Of a DNA stretch of 64,000 nt, positions 25,520 to 38,120 are shown piece after piece. Position 1 is the stretch's first letter. The number at the start of each line of letters is the position of its first letter. Where the stretch lies: the NCBI GenBank assembly GCA_964016885.1, contig OZ024751.1, positions 558,001 to 622,000 on the forward strand, read 5' to 3'. Origin of the DNA: Eledone cirrhosa (taxonomy: Eukaryota). The translations under genes were made by a program, and so were the position numbers. The notes below the pieces were generated by a model. The model did no database searches and was not told the DNA's origin. It saw only the letters and a list, made by a program, of their open reading frames with translations.

Positions 25520-26317
25520 CGTTGTTGTTGTCGAGTGTAGCCAGGACTTGTCGGTAGCCATCTTGTAATTTCCTCGTGGCGAAAAGTTTTTGAAATACCG
25601 CTAATTTTTCAAAAAAACTTTGAAAGGAATATATTGTATTTTCGCAAGTTGCGAAAAGGTTGGCAACGTGGCAATAAAAGTTCAACTGAATAAAAAAGAA
25701 GGCTGCGCTAAATTCTTACGTCGGTCACCACTTTAGCAGGGTAGAAGTATGAAGGTCGTTAGTGTGGCAGTGTCCAGTGTAGCTGTGGCCAGTGGTCACA
25801 GTGTGGTAAAGTGATAGTATCCTCGTTGGATTGTCTTGTCGACATAGACGTGAGGGAAGCTCCCTCGATCTATTTACCATCTTTGTATTTACAATATTCC
25901 CTTCGTCAGGTCGCCAATTCCAGCAGCATGGATTATAGATGTTATTGAGACACGAGTAACATAATAATGATTTCAACAGCAGAAATTAGAGATGAAATGT
26001 ATGTTTATTTTTGATGTAGCACAAACAATGTTTGTTAACTTATATGGTTGAAGTTACATATAAAAAGAGGTTACAAAAGGGAATGTGCCATTGCGCCGGA
26101 AAGCCGGCGAGGCTAGGGTGCAAAATCTCACCGTTACATTATGCGTGTTGCTGGTTCGAAGTTCCCGGTACAAGAGAAAGATTCTTCAAATCTTCGCGGA
26201 GAATTTCTTCCTCAGGGCGCGTAGGGATACATCCTCTTCTACTGGCGCTGATTGGCTGAACTGAGCCAAATCACGCACAGAGAATGTATGTGAGCCCGCG
26301 GAATGTAGGTCACTACA
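23445..26317 (-). mobile_element. Non-autonomous Gypsy-derived LTR element (LARD/TRIM-like)
   Basis: 586-bp LTRs 23445-24030 and 25732-26317 (about 4 differences), TSD ATGT, PBS-like TGGTGACCGACGT, 1.7-kb interior with no intact ORF. Confidence 0.93.
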
Positions 26318-26387
26318 ATGTATATATATATATATCCAAAATGAACTTAAAACGATAAGTTTTGGGATATTTAATATTTATAAAACA

Positions 26388-26446
26388 ATTTTATCTGATG
26401 AGAGCGTACCAAAATTTTGGTACCTTTGAAATATATATAATAAAAT
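26388..26446 (+). ncRNA. Minimal type I hammerhead ribozyme motif
   Basis: ATTTTAT-CTGATGA-GAGCGTACCAAAATTTTGGTACCTTT-GAAA-TATATA-TA-ATAAAAT; 7-bp stem I; degenerate copies at 38635-38692 and about 15335-15400. Confidence 0.65.
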
Positions 26447-26481
26447 AAATATGGTTTTATAAAGATAGTTTCCATCTATTA

Positions 26482-26648
<167 letters not shown>

Positions 26649-26747
26649 CATATATATATAGTAAAAAATTGAATGGGAACAAAACAGAGAGGCAGTACGA
26701 ACAAAGGTTTATTAGTTTCACGCTCTTGAGAGTGGGGTGGTGGTGGG

Positions 26748-26804
<57 letters not shown>

Positions 26805-26954
26805 GATAAATCTACCAAAATATACAGTAGTGTCCAATCCGTATGAAGAACTCAATGTAATCCAAATATCACGGAGAAGATGCATTCAAAGATTTTCGAT
26901 GAAAATCATAGGAAAACAGAGTCAAGATAAATTAATTAAAACAATGAAATAAAA

Positions 26955-27525
26955 AAACTCGAGAAGTACCCAACCGATTTTTTTCAAACTTTACATGTGT
27001 ATTACTTATGTTTCAGGGAGTGTTATGCATATAAAATTCGACTTTTTGATCTCCTAGGGCCCGCATTAGGTGAAAAACTGCGTTTTTAAAGCTTTTTAGG
27101 TTTTTTTTTTAGGTGTTACGTCAGACCGATTTCCTTGAAATTGTAACTATGTATTAGTCAGTCTCTTCTTCATACCGTGAGCAAAGAAAATCCAACCTTT
27201 TTTATGGCCTAGGGCCCGCATTAGGTGAAAAACTTCACTTTTTCAGCTTTTTAGGGCTTTTTGGAGGCGTTACGTCTAGCCGATTTTCCTGAAATTTCAA
27301 GGCATATTATGCACATAAAAAAAATTCATTTTCTTGATGCCCTAGGTGAAAACTTGCATTTTTCCTGTTTCATCGAGGAAAATCTTAAAGATTATCCAGC
27401 CATCAGAGTATTCGGTTTATTTTCTTTACATATTGTCAAGGGATGCAGTTTTTCCACGATTAGGTCTGTTGGCGGCCCGCCTTCCAAAATACCTTATCCC
27501 GTGCAACGCCGGGTACTACTGCTAG
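26955..27525 (+). mobile_element. Non-autonomous Helitron, 3' end intact
   Basis: Hairpin CCCG-TGCAACGC-CGGG then TACTACTG-CTAG|T (27522-27525); internal CCTAGGGCCCGCATTAGGTGA repeats. Confidence 0.75.
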
Positions 27526-28168
27526 TATATATATATATAACAGAGAATGTCTGTCTGTCTGTCCGCTCACTAAAACTCGAGAACCACCCAACCGATTGTT
27601 TTCAAACTTTACACATGTAATACTTATGGTCGTGTGAGTGTTTTGAGCAAAAATAATTTCAAATTTTCAATGCCCTAGGGTCCGCATTAGGTGATTTAGC
27701 GATCTCTCTCTATAATTCTTAGTCTTTCTCTTTTTAGATAGATACATAGATATAACATTGCGCCCTTATAATGTCTGGCTGTCTGCATTACGACATTATG
27801 ACGCTGTGTATGTGTGTGTGTGTATATAGTGTGTAACGTTTTTCGAAATATTTACTTCTGCCTTCACAGATTGATTTTTTTAGTTTCAGAAGACCCCGTT
27901 AAGGGTGAAAGCAGCGATTCTTTCTTTGCTTAAACTTTAATCTGTTATTTTAATATATATATATATATATATATAATTATATATTCGTGTACAGATATTT
28001 TTGCATACACAATAACAAAATATAAACAAAAGTATTTATTTCGCGATAAAGTATTGTTTTCTTCGCACGGAAAAAAAACCCCTGGTAATCTACGACGAAT
28101 TGTTTTTATAAGCACAAAATGTAGACACCATCCCGAGGCCGAGGTATTCCGTACTTCTCTGTACTATT
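27526..28168 (+). mobile_element. Non-autonomous Helitron, same family as 1123-3243
   Basis: Starts TATATAACAGAGAATG(TCTG)n; colinear with the reverse complement of 1200-1380 and 2586-3235. Confidence 0.75.
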
Positions 28169-28189
28169 TTATATATATATACATATATA

Positions 28190-28888
28190 TTTCGTTTCTG
28201 AATTTGTTTAGCAATATTCTTTATCTGAAAACGTGTGTTGAAACCGATATTGTTATGCTTTGGGAGGGTCATGTTGCCAATAAGAAACACAGACATCAGT
28301 TGCTTTCACTTCAATTTATTATAAATTAAATTTATAAATTTAGGAATTTATAAATTTCCGGTTGGTTGGTTGGTTCCACAACCAGACGATTGTTCATATA
28401 TTGTCAAAGTTCTTTCGTCACTCATTCTGTGACCTTTTCAGTGACTGGGGATTCTTTTCTTTGTTTTTGTGCCTGTCCTTTGTTCTGTCCTACGCCATCT
28501 TGTTTTTGTGTGTGTTGTGTGCTTAGTTTGCGCATGTGTTACATCCGGGTGTCTGTGTGTGTTTATATTTGTTTATTTACATATTACTGGTTGGTTGTTT
28601 GTTCTATGTGTGTGTGTGTTTTCATTTTGTCCTTAATTGTAAGTTGTGATGTTGCTATTCCATTCATGTTTTCTATTTAATTTTGGTTGGAGTTCATTTA
28701 TGTTTATTGCCTCTGTGATTTGTCTAAACATTGCGTCTTTTCTGTGTGTAGATTCTATTTTTATTTCTATGTTCTCTAATTTACCCTTATGTTCTATTTT
28801 AGCATGTTGGTGGAGTACAGATGATTCTTTACTATCTTGAAGCTCTCGCCAGTGTTCATTTATCCGTTCTCCTATACTACGAGCTGTA
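28190..28888 (-). mobile_element. Penelope-like 3' fragment, same family as 1455-2520
   Basis: TARSIGERINEHW..RQITEAINI..PKLNRKHEW; 3' region near-identical to 1455-2110. Confidence 0.9.
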
Positions 28889-29386
28889 GTATATATATAA
28901 ATGGAAAAAATGAAAAATGAAATTTCATTTCTCACTTTTAGTACGGCTGATACTTAAATGTAAGTATGTATACGTACATACATATATGTATACAGACGTA
29001 CAGCAGTATGTATATACATACATACATGCACACACATATATATATATGTACGCATGGGTTTACCGAACATTTATTATCATGTTCGGTTTGATTGTAAACA
29101 AACAGCCCGAATTAAGCCGTACAGTGTTCGGCAACCATCGTTGCCATTTTGTTCAATACTGACAAAGGAACGATGAACTAGTTTCGAGCTTCTTAGCTGT
29201 TATCAGCATTGTATACCTTCCTTTGTCAGTGTTGAACAAAATGGCACCTCTTTCTGTTCAAACCGGCCGTAACTGGCGACTTACACTTAGGGTATTGTTG
29301 TCGAAATAAACAACATAAAAATCTCATAGATTCCATATTATGTGAGATAAAGGCTTTACCACGAAAAAATAATAATATATATAGCG

Positions 29387-29673
29387 CAGGAGTGTGCGAC
29401 ATTGGCGGGCCACTTTTGAACATTGGAACAACTATTAGGGCCAGTCACTGTCAAAAATATGTACTCTAATGAAAACCACAACTTCTTTCCATAACATGGA
29501 TCTGGGGAATTATAACACACACAACCCTATCAGTAAAGCCCTTTTATATTACGGTTACGAAAAAAATTCTAAATAAGCCTACAAGGTAAAAATTAAAAAC
29601 GGTCATCACAGGCCACTCTAACTGGTCTGGCGGGCCGGATTGTGGCCCGTGGGCCGTCTATTGCACGCCCCTG
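29387..29673. mobile_element. hAT-type MITE
   Basis: Ends CAGGAGTGTGC / GCACGCCCCTG, GCGGGCC subterminal motifs, degenerate 8-bp TSD ATATAGCG/ATACAGAG. Confidence 0.6.
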
Positions 29674-29789
29674 ATACAGAGTTAGCCCACAATATTTGTA
29701 GTAGCTACTTGCCGAAAATGGCGCGCGAGGAAATCTAATCCGGGTGGAACCATGTGGTTGCACAGCAGCTTTAGAATAATTCTATGTCC

Positions 29790-31020
29790 GCTTTTTTCTA
29801 CTTGTAAGGATTGCAAGGGTATCTATCTTCCAGCAGAGCGCCACACACCACACGTTGCAGCCCTTCCTCATTTCCTCCACCAGATTCATTAGCTTTCTCT
29901 ATGTATTCTCATATCTCGACGGCGACCGGTGCGAAATGGAAGCGGCCGGACAAACCCCGGTATTTGTTTATTTTCAGCGAGGTGGGCCATGATGTCAGGG
30001 TTTGTGGCCGAAGCGACTAATTTGGGGGCGGAGAACGTGTTGCAGCAGGTGACGTCCCAGATGAGGGATTTACCTCCCTCGAATAGGAAAAGGGTGATTC
30101 CGTCGGGGCGCTAACCATCTCCGCGGTCTAGGCCTGCTGGCTCCAGTTGAGATGGAAACCCAGTTGCGCCCAGTCTTCTTCTCAATATGTCGCTGAGAGC
30201 GGCATGTCGGGGGACGGCCTGCGCTCTGGTGGAAAGACAGAGGGTGCAGGCCGAACTTGTCAACAACTGCCCCGCAGCGCCATTTATGTGGCTCACACAC
30301 GCGGTGGCCAAGGCGTTGGGCTACTCCGATGCGAGTGCACTCATCATCAAGAAGGGTACCGGTTGATGATGAGGGCACCAAATTGAGCCACGCGCCGCTG
30401 TTGGACTGAGAAGCGGAGCGGTGGCAGGCGAGGCGGTGTTGGTCCAAGCCAGACTCGATTCGCCTGACAGAAGAGCTGCAGTTGATGTCGTTCCAGTTAC
30501 GTTGGACCGTGGTATACTGGGGGATAGAGAGGCCTTCGACTGTCCAATAAGGCAAAGCCTGTTCCATCTCAGGCATCAGGTCAGGTTCGGCCGGCTGGCT
30601 GAGAACCTCGCTGATGAGAGCACGAGAAGAGGAGATAGAGCAGAGGTAGGCAGGTAATGCTAGGTCCGAAGCTCAACGGAGGCCGAGGTCACCAAACCTC
30701 GTTGGGAGTGTCGCCTGTTGCCAGCATGCGCTGTCGAAACTGACATTGCAGATGAGTTCCGCACACCGTCGAATGGTGGCGTCAAGTTCTCCGAGAAGAT
30801 CTACAGGGGGTGGCAAGGTGCACCGCGCAGCGTAAATGTGAATTTGGAGAGAGCGATACAGTTCCTTAAGAGGAAGAGCGCGGAATGAGCGTCAAGGAGG
30901 CGCAGCCTCTCTGCTAATCGGGACAAATCCGCATGCTTGGTCTCCAAACAATCTCTTATGGTTTTCGGGAGAATGGGGGAGCCGAGAATGTATGCGGCGT
31001 CCTTGGGTGTCAGCCGAGCA
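29790..31020 (-). mobile_element. CRE-like non-LTR retrotransposon 3' fragment (RT thumb, CCHC, restriction-like endonuclease)
   Basis: ILGSPI..LDAHSALFLLRNC; SGAWLNLVPSSSTGTLLDD; C...RCGAVVDKFGLHPLS; RHAALSDILRR; EPAGLDRGDG*RPDGITL..LIWDVTC. Confidence 0.85.
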
Positions 31021-31360
31021 TCTTTGTTCTTTAGTATTTAGTAAATATAGTTGTAGTTGCATGCGATCCTTTCACTCCTAACATGCTGTTATCTGGCGAA
31101 ATAGCCCAGCCAACGCGTGGGCCCCATTTGCTCATAATAGTAAGAAATGGGGAGAGCAGGAGAGACGGAGACAGTAACAGTGACAGTTTGGTTCCTTTGT
31201 GTTCGGGCCTGGTGTATATGTTTCACGGACATTTCCTACATGATAGAATCCAGGAGAGATTTTTCTTTGAAGATGTCGAAAAGTTCATATAACACACACA
31301 CACTGTTTAATAGAATTAGTAGCCAGAAAATACTCTAAATGCATGTAAATAATAATATTT

Positions 31361-31882
31361 GGTTCTACTTTAGGCACAAGGCCAGCAATTCGAAGGGGAA
31401 TGGAAAGTGGATTAAATCGACCTCAGTGCATTACTGGTGCTTTATTCATTGACCCCGTAAGGATGAAAGGCAAAGCTAACATCGACGGGATTTGAACTCA
31501 GACTGCAAAGGGACGTAACTCTATGCTGCAAAACATTGTGTCCAACGCTCTAGCGATACTGCTAATCCACCAATAATAATTGTTTCTACTTTTGGCACAA
31601 GGCCAGCAATTACCCAGTGTATTACTGGTACTTTATTTTATCGACCCCGTAAGGATGAAAGGCAAAATTAACCTCGGCGGGATTTGAACTCAGATTGGAA
31701 AGGGCCGTAACTCTATGCGTCAAGGCATGGCGTCCGATCCTCTACCGATACTGCCAATCCATAATAATGTTTCTACTTTAGGCACAAGGCCAGCAATTTG
31801 AAGGAAAGTGAAAGTCGATTAAAATCGAACCCAATGCATTACTGGTGCTATATTTATCGACCCCGTAAGGATGAAAGGCAAA
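31361..31882 (-). mobile_element. Three tandem SINE family 1 copies
   Basis: Three repeats of TTTCTACTTT(A/T)GGCACAAGGCCAGC..GACCCCGTAAGGATGAAAGGCAAA. Confidence 0.85.
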
Positions 31883-32935
31883 TAATAATGATAATAATAT
31901 TTCTGTAACAATGGTATCAAATCTCCCGGAAACGAAGTGTTTAAATTCTTTTCGTTCCCATCTCCAATTATTCCATTTGGAATAGTTGTTCCCGTATCAG
32001 TTGTTAAATATTTATCTTTATTAACATCATTTAAAGTAAGATGGACTGAGAAATCCTAAATAATAAAGAAGTGGGGATTGGAAAAACTCAGAATTACTCG
32101 TGTAATTTACACACTGACACCCCAACCCATCGTAGTTATTTTACAACGCATGGGATTTCTTGAAATTAATTGTCGGAGGAATGCTACCAAATAAAATAAA
32201 ATTTCACCGGAGATAGATTAACAAAATTTCATAAGCGGCGGGGGAGTGGGTGAGAGAAAAAAAATCTGAAAAATTAATAAACGGGAGAGGGTGGGCGATT
32301 ATTCGAGACCCGATAGTATGCGATTTATTATTTGTGACTATTCTTTCAATAATTCTATTTTGGTTATAGACCGTATGGAGATGTTTTTATTTGTTTATAT
32401 CCGATCTTATTTAAGCCATGCAAATAATTCATAAGCATTGTAACGCACAGTTTATCTAAAAATTGCCGCCCTAACTCATCGCCTCAATCAATTTACTCTA
32501 AATATTGAAATTCTAATTGGTTAAATGAAATCAATAAACATCTTTATTCAAAATAATAATAATAATTCAAATTCTTAATTTCTGAAAAAAAAAAAAAAAA
32601 AAGAAATTGGTTCGTTGCTAATTCATCGCCGCCAATTCAGCGCGAACGAAAATCATCGCCAAACAAAGCTATCGCCAAGTGAAATCATTCTTAATCAACC
32701 CCTCGCCACTGTAACCATTTAATTGACCGACTAAATTAACAAATTACAAACTAAACTAATCACCAATTTTAATCCTAGAAAATTTACTTTTTTTTTTTTT
32801 TATTAATGAATTAACTTTCGACGCTGGCAACTTGAGTTCGTGTCATTAACTCATAGCTGTAAAAGCTTGTTTATTTCCACCTGTTTTTTGTTTTTTTTAC
32901 TATACACCTCTCAAGTAAGTCCAGCCGGTTTTACA

Positions 32936-33235
32936 ATGGAGCGTGTTTTTAGCCAGCGAGGCAAAGAGAAGTTTTTACACGATGGATATCTGTTTACTTT
33001 TGATAAATGTAGTAAAGGTGATAGGGACTTGATGTTTTGGCGCTGTGAACGAATCGGTCGATGTAAAGCAAGGATTCACACAAGATTCGGCGATGTTGTG
33101 AAATTTATAAACACTCACAGCCACGACTCTTCACAAATGGCAAAGGTTACTGCAAAAATGAAAGGTTGGGTTAAAAACACAACGGAAAGCCCAAATTTAG
33201 TAATTAATGAAATTTTGGCCAGTTTAGCCCAAAAG
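32936..33235 (+). CDS. FLYWCH zinc-finger exon (unit C), 100 codons, intact
   Basis: MERVFSQRGKEKFLHDGYLFTFDK..FWRCERIGRCKARIH..THSH..KMKGWVKNTTESPNLVINEIL; upstream polypyrimidine tract and CAG at 32924; donor AAG|GTAAGG at 33235 (phase 0). Confidence 0.8.
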
Positions 33236-33839
33236 GTAAGGTTTTAAAAATATATAAGCGGTGTCTTTTTCTATGGTTTTCTTTTAAAAAAATAATATAT
33301 ATATAACGTATGCATGTATGTATGTGTGTGTATGTATATATGTATGTATGCATTTATGTATATATGCATGTGTGTGTATGTATGTGTGTATGCATGTATG
33401 TGTGCATGCATGTATGTTTATGTGTATGTGTGTATGTGTTTGTGTGTGTATGTATGTATATGTGTATGTTTGCATGCATGTTTGTATGTATCTGTGTGTA
33501 TGTAAGTATGTATACATGTATGTGTGTTTGTATGTATGTGTGTATGTGTATGTATGTACTGGTAACCCCTGGTGGAATTGGAAGGGTACCGTAATGACAG
33601 TATTTTATGACTTGTCATTTTAAAAGCCCATCTCATCTCCATACATTTTTAGTAATTAAGCATTTTATTTTTTTTTCAATTTTAAATAAGTGTGATTATG
33701 ATCATTTAACGTCTGCTTTAGAAGCTGGCATGGGTTCGTTGGGTTGTCATGGTCTGCTCATATGTTCCATATTTTATCATGATTTCTACAGTTGGATACC
33801 TCTCTTAACTTTACAGAGTAACACCAGCACTAGAGAGGT

Positions 33840-34845
33840 TGTGTTGTTGGTAGTAGAGAAAACAGATGCGTGAGTGTCTGTCTGTGAAACGTATATACCT
33901 ATACACCAGATTCGAACACAAAGGAACCAAACTCCCACTGTCACTGCCCCTGCCTCTCCTATTCTCCCCATCTCTCACTATTATGAGCAAATGGGGGCCC
34001 ATGCAATGGCTGCCCTGGTGGACAGAATAGAGAAGGCATTTACCTGGGGGATGGTGAGGGAGATGCGCTAGAAGAGCCATTCCAGCTCACGAGGCCCACA
34101 CTTGTGGGTAGCCAACAATGCCGATGGTGGTGAACAGGGAGGTGGCACTAGGGCCAAGGACACCAGAAGTCTCCACTGCTACGGGCTTAACTGCAAACCT
34201 GTCAAAGAGCAACCAATATTTGGAGAGTTTACCCTGCTTGGCCCAAAGTGCAGCAGAGCCTGGGTTAGTTGCAGACTGTACCAGGTTGCCACTGGAGAAT
34301 GTGTTACTGTATGTGTCATCCCAGATGAGGGGTTAGGGGGTTTACCACCGTGGAACAGGAAAGATGGTCATGTTTGTGTATTCGCTAAGACTGAAGAATT
34401 TTTCTTTACTCTATTGTTTTTGTTCCATTTAACTTTTATGAATTGCACCAGTCACCTGGAGACCTCAAGCGTACTTGGACCCCGTACTGTCAAGTCCTCC
34501 ACAAGATCGGAACATCAGCGGCCTGTCTGAGGAGGGAGCCTTCTGAGGTAGGTTGCCTGTTGCAGTGGGTGTCACGGGAATGTTATGGCAGTCTTGTCCA
34601 CGGGGCGAGCCCCATTACTGCCGCACCCTAGGCCCAGAGCCCAATCAAACTCCCCCTCCCTCTCCCCATTCTTCTGTGACACTAGAGTCCTTGCCATTCC
34701 CTCCCTTTTCCCTTTATTTCTTTATTCTGTATATTTTCCCATTTTATATTTCATTCTTTCTTCTCAATCTAAATTTTCCTTTTTTTTTCTATTAAACTGT
34801 ATTTACATGATATATTCCATAAACAAATAACATTTTATAAACATA
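33840..34845. mobile_element. Putative solo-LTR-like or other interspersed repeat in predicted intron
   Basis: GC-richer 1-kb block; 33870-34010 is homologous to the reverse complement of 31100-31230; no TSD resolved. Confidence 0.35.
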
Positions 34846-35444
34846 ACCAGCTGATGGCATGGACCAAATAAAGAGTTTGGACTGAAATTAATAGAATAAA
34901 TTAGTTGAGATTATCAGATGGTTTGTGATGAAGTTGGTTTGTCAGTGAATTGGTAACAGTGTCGTCAGTAATTCATGGTCCTTATTTGTATATGACCCCC
35001 CCCCCCCCCCTTGGGTTATGGCTGACCATGGGATTGCACCTAGAAAATTCTTCCTCAATGTGACAGTCTGGGTAATGTATTTTTATTAAAGTCATCTATG
35101 CATGCCAGTCTCTCCTATCTGCACCACATGCTGTATTAGAGGGATAGGCTGATACAGCTTGGCACCAGTGTTGTTGTATCTGAGTGAACTGGAGCAATAT
35201 GTAATAAAGTGTCTTGCTCAAAGACAGTGCTTTGCCTGGTTCGGCTATTGAACTCATGAGCCCAGCACTTTAGCCCTTCCATTACCATATTTCTAATGAA
35301 ATACATTCTATTTCAATTAATTAATGAAGAATTTTAAGGGATTTACTTAAATTATTAATTATTTCATTACTAAGATAGTAACTTGATGTAAGGTTCTTAT
35401 ATAAAATTATGTTGGAAGATTTTAATTTAAATTGGAAACCTTTA

Positions 35445-35700
35445 AAGAAGGATCTCCTTGTTAAGCCGCCTTGGTAAAGACTATGCTGAGGGTCTGACAA
35501 AGAGATGCAGTGAGATTGTTGAGTCTAAACTAGCTGATGAACAATGTGGTTTTTGTCTGGGACGCAGCCCAGCCGACCAAATATTCACACAGTGGCAGAT
35601 ATTTGAGAAATTGTGCCGGCATTACCATGAGGTTTATTCTTGTTTTATCGACCTTGAAAAGGCATATGCCCACGTTCCTTGGAATCTGCTGACAGATGAT
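35445..35700 (+). mobile_element. RTE (Rex3/Expander-like) RT fragment
   Basis: EQCGF..GRSPADQIF..CFIDLEKAY..VP. Confidence 0.75.
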
Positions 35701-35788
35701 TGAGGGAGATGACAGAAGATGAGGAAGTTAATGGAAGATTGAGGGAGAGGACAGATTTGAAACTAAATATATTCTCTTCTTATTTCAG

Positions 35789-35902
35789 CAACTTAACAAC
35801 AGCATTGATAAAAAACCAATCATGTCTGTAAGAAGAGAAAATATTGAAATGTTGTCCCCACCTGCTATTACTGTACCTCACAGTCCTGAAGTTGAAATAA
35901 AG
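35789..35902 (+). CDS. Putative internal exon continuing unit C (38 codons; alternative donor at 35935)
   Basis: Acceptor TTCTCTTCTTATTTCAG, open phase-0 frame QLNNSIDKKPIMSVRRENIEMLSPPAITVPHSPEVEIK, donor AAG|GTAAGA; second phase-0 donor CAG|GTAAA. Confidence 0.55.
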
Positions 35903-36539
35903 GTAAGACAATATGATAGAAATATAGAAATCCAGGTAAAAAAAGAAAATGTATTTTCTGCATATGTTTGTTCTTTGTTGTTTGTATTGCACATCTCTTC
36001 AATTAGCTTTTGGTCATACTGGTGCCATGATAAAAAACACCCAGTTCCACTCTATAAGGTGGTAGTGCTAGTGCCACAACAAAAAGCACACAGTCCACTC
36101 TATAACATGGAGGTGCTGGTGCCATGGAAAAAAGCACACTGTTCACACTCTAACATTGCCATAATGGGGCCTCAACAATAAGCACCTAGTTTTATGCTGT
36201 AAGGTGGTAGTGCTGTTGCCACAACAAAAAGCACCCAGTTCCACCCTGTAAGGGGGTTGTACTAGCCCCTCAACAAAAAGCACCCAGTTTATTCTATATG
36301 GTGGTAGTGCTGGTGCTATGACAAAAAGCACTGGAATTTTATTTTATTTGTTAAATTTTGTAATGTGTGCATAAATATATTGTTTCTTTTATGAAATAAC
36401 TGGGCACTGCTGGGTAGCTCTACTAGTATATATATATAAATCAGACAGCTGTATAAGCAAATTATATTTTGTATGCCATCTGAGCAAAGAAGGAGGCTTA
36501 TAAAGCTTGGCTTGGAAATAAGTCCTACTTCTTGCACTT

Positions 36540-37290
36540 GTGGTACAAGTAGGCACGAAGAATTGCAGCATAGACAGAAAAGGCATCCAAAGTTAAGACA
36601 CGGGAGGATTTTGGAGCTAAGCTGGAATCCGACTTCAGATCAGTAAATATAGTGTTCTAGTAGACCATCCACTGACTTCGTAATAAGAAGCCCTCCTCCA
36701 CACCTGCTATCAAGTCTGCTATGAGTCTGGGGTTCTCCTCTCTTCAGAGAGGTATATCCTTGCGAGGTGGAGAGAATACTTTGTTGATCTCTTAAACCCA
36801 ATCACAACAGCATCTTTGGATGTACACAAGGTGCATCTGGGAGCGGTGACTAATCTCTCAGAGACTGAGGTCACAAGAGCAGTTAAAGAGCTGAAGTGTG
36901 GCAAGGTTGTAGGGGAAGATGAAATCCAGCCCAAGATGTTAAAAGCCTTAAATAGAGAAGATATTTTCTGGCTGACTCATGTGTGCCAGGTGGCCTGGAT
37001 CTCTGGAAAGGCACCTAAGCAAATGTAATTGAGAGTGATAATTCTAATTTTCAAAAAGGGAGGCAAGAGAGATTGTTCCAATTAAAGAGGGATCTCCTTG
37101 TTAAGCCTCCCTGGTAAAGTCTATGCTAAGTGTCTAGCAAAGAGATGTCTGGAGATTGTTAAGTCCAAGCTAGCTGATGAACAGTGTGTTTTTCAACTTG
37201 AACACAGCACAGCCGACCAAATATTCACACTGTGGCAGGTTTTTGAGAAATCATGAGAGTATTGCCTAGAGGTATATTCTTGTTTTGAAA
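36540..37290 (+). mobile_element. RTE (Rex3/Expander-like) ORF fragment
   Basis: ILARWREYF.DLLNP, EVTRAVKELKCGKVVGEDEIQPKMLKAL, RGISLLSLPGKVYAK with stops. Confidence 0.8.
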
Positions 37291-37923
37291 TGTTGACTCA
37301 AGCTATTGAGATGTTCACTCAAGCTATTAAAATGTTGAATCAAGCTATTGTAATGTTGACTCAAGCTGTTGAAAGTGTGCTTTTATTAGTTTGAGAATGG
37401 AAAAGTTTATAAAACATGAGAAAGAATACTCATTCATTGATACCCAAATGACACAAGCCCAGGCAGTGTGGGAGTATGTTCTCTCTCATATGCAGAATCT
37501 TAGGTGCTAGCTGCCTTGTCCCAGCAGACAGAATGGAGAAAGGGTTACCCTAGAGCAGCATTTCACAACTTTTTTTACCCTTTCAGGGAACCCTTGAAAT
37601 AGTTTTCATGTCTCAGGGAACCCTCAAAATCATAATTATTATATACCATTATAAATATCTATCTCTTTTATATTTTATATACAACATAGTTCATGTGTTT
37701 CAGATAACTAGTTTATAGTAAAATTACAAACATAAAATTAAATAAAAATTATTCAAAAATACATTAACTTATTTACCACTGTTTCTCACGGAACCCCTAG
37801 TGACCTCTTGTGGAACCCTAGGGTTTAATTTGAGTAAAATGGCAGCCATCTTTACTTCATGTCCTGAGTGTATGCTTATGGTGACCCTCTTCACTTGATC
37901 CCCTAAGCATGTACTTAGTTTGT

Positions 37924-38120
37924 TTAACCCTTTAATATTTAAACCGGTTGTATTCAACCAGAACTCTCTCACCTTTTCCTGTTCAAACCAGCTGTAACTG
38001 GCCACTCATACCTACATTAAGGTATTGTTTTCAAAATAAATAATATCAAAATTTCGTAGCTTTGATATTATGTGAGATAACAATAATAAATATAGAGTAA
38101 TGTAAATGCTAAAGGTTTAA
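37924..38120. mobile_element. TTAA-flanked piggyBac-type MITE, related to 48677-48873
   Basis: TTAACCCTTTAA..CTAAAGGTTTAA; internal homology to 48677-48873. Confidence 0.55.

Noticed and set aside
23423-26259. Duplicated ORF pairs (23423/25725 and 23745/26032) as paralogous genes
   Set aside because: They lie inside the two LTRs of one element
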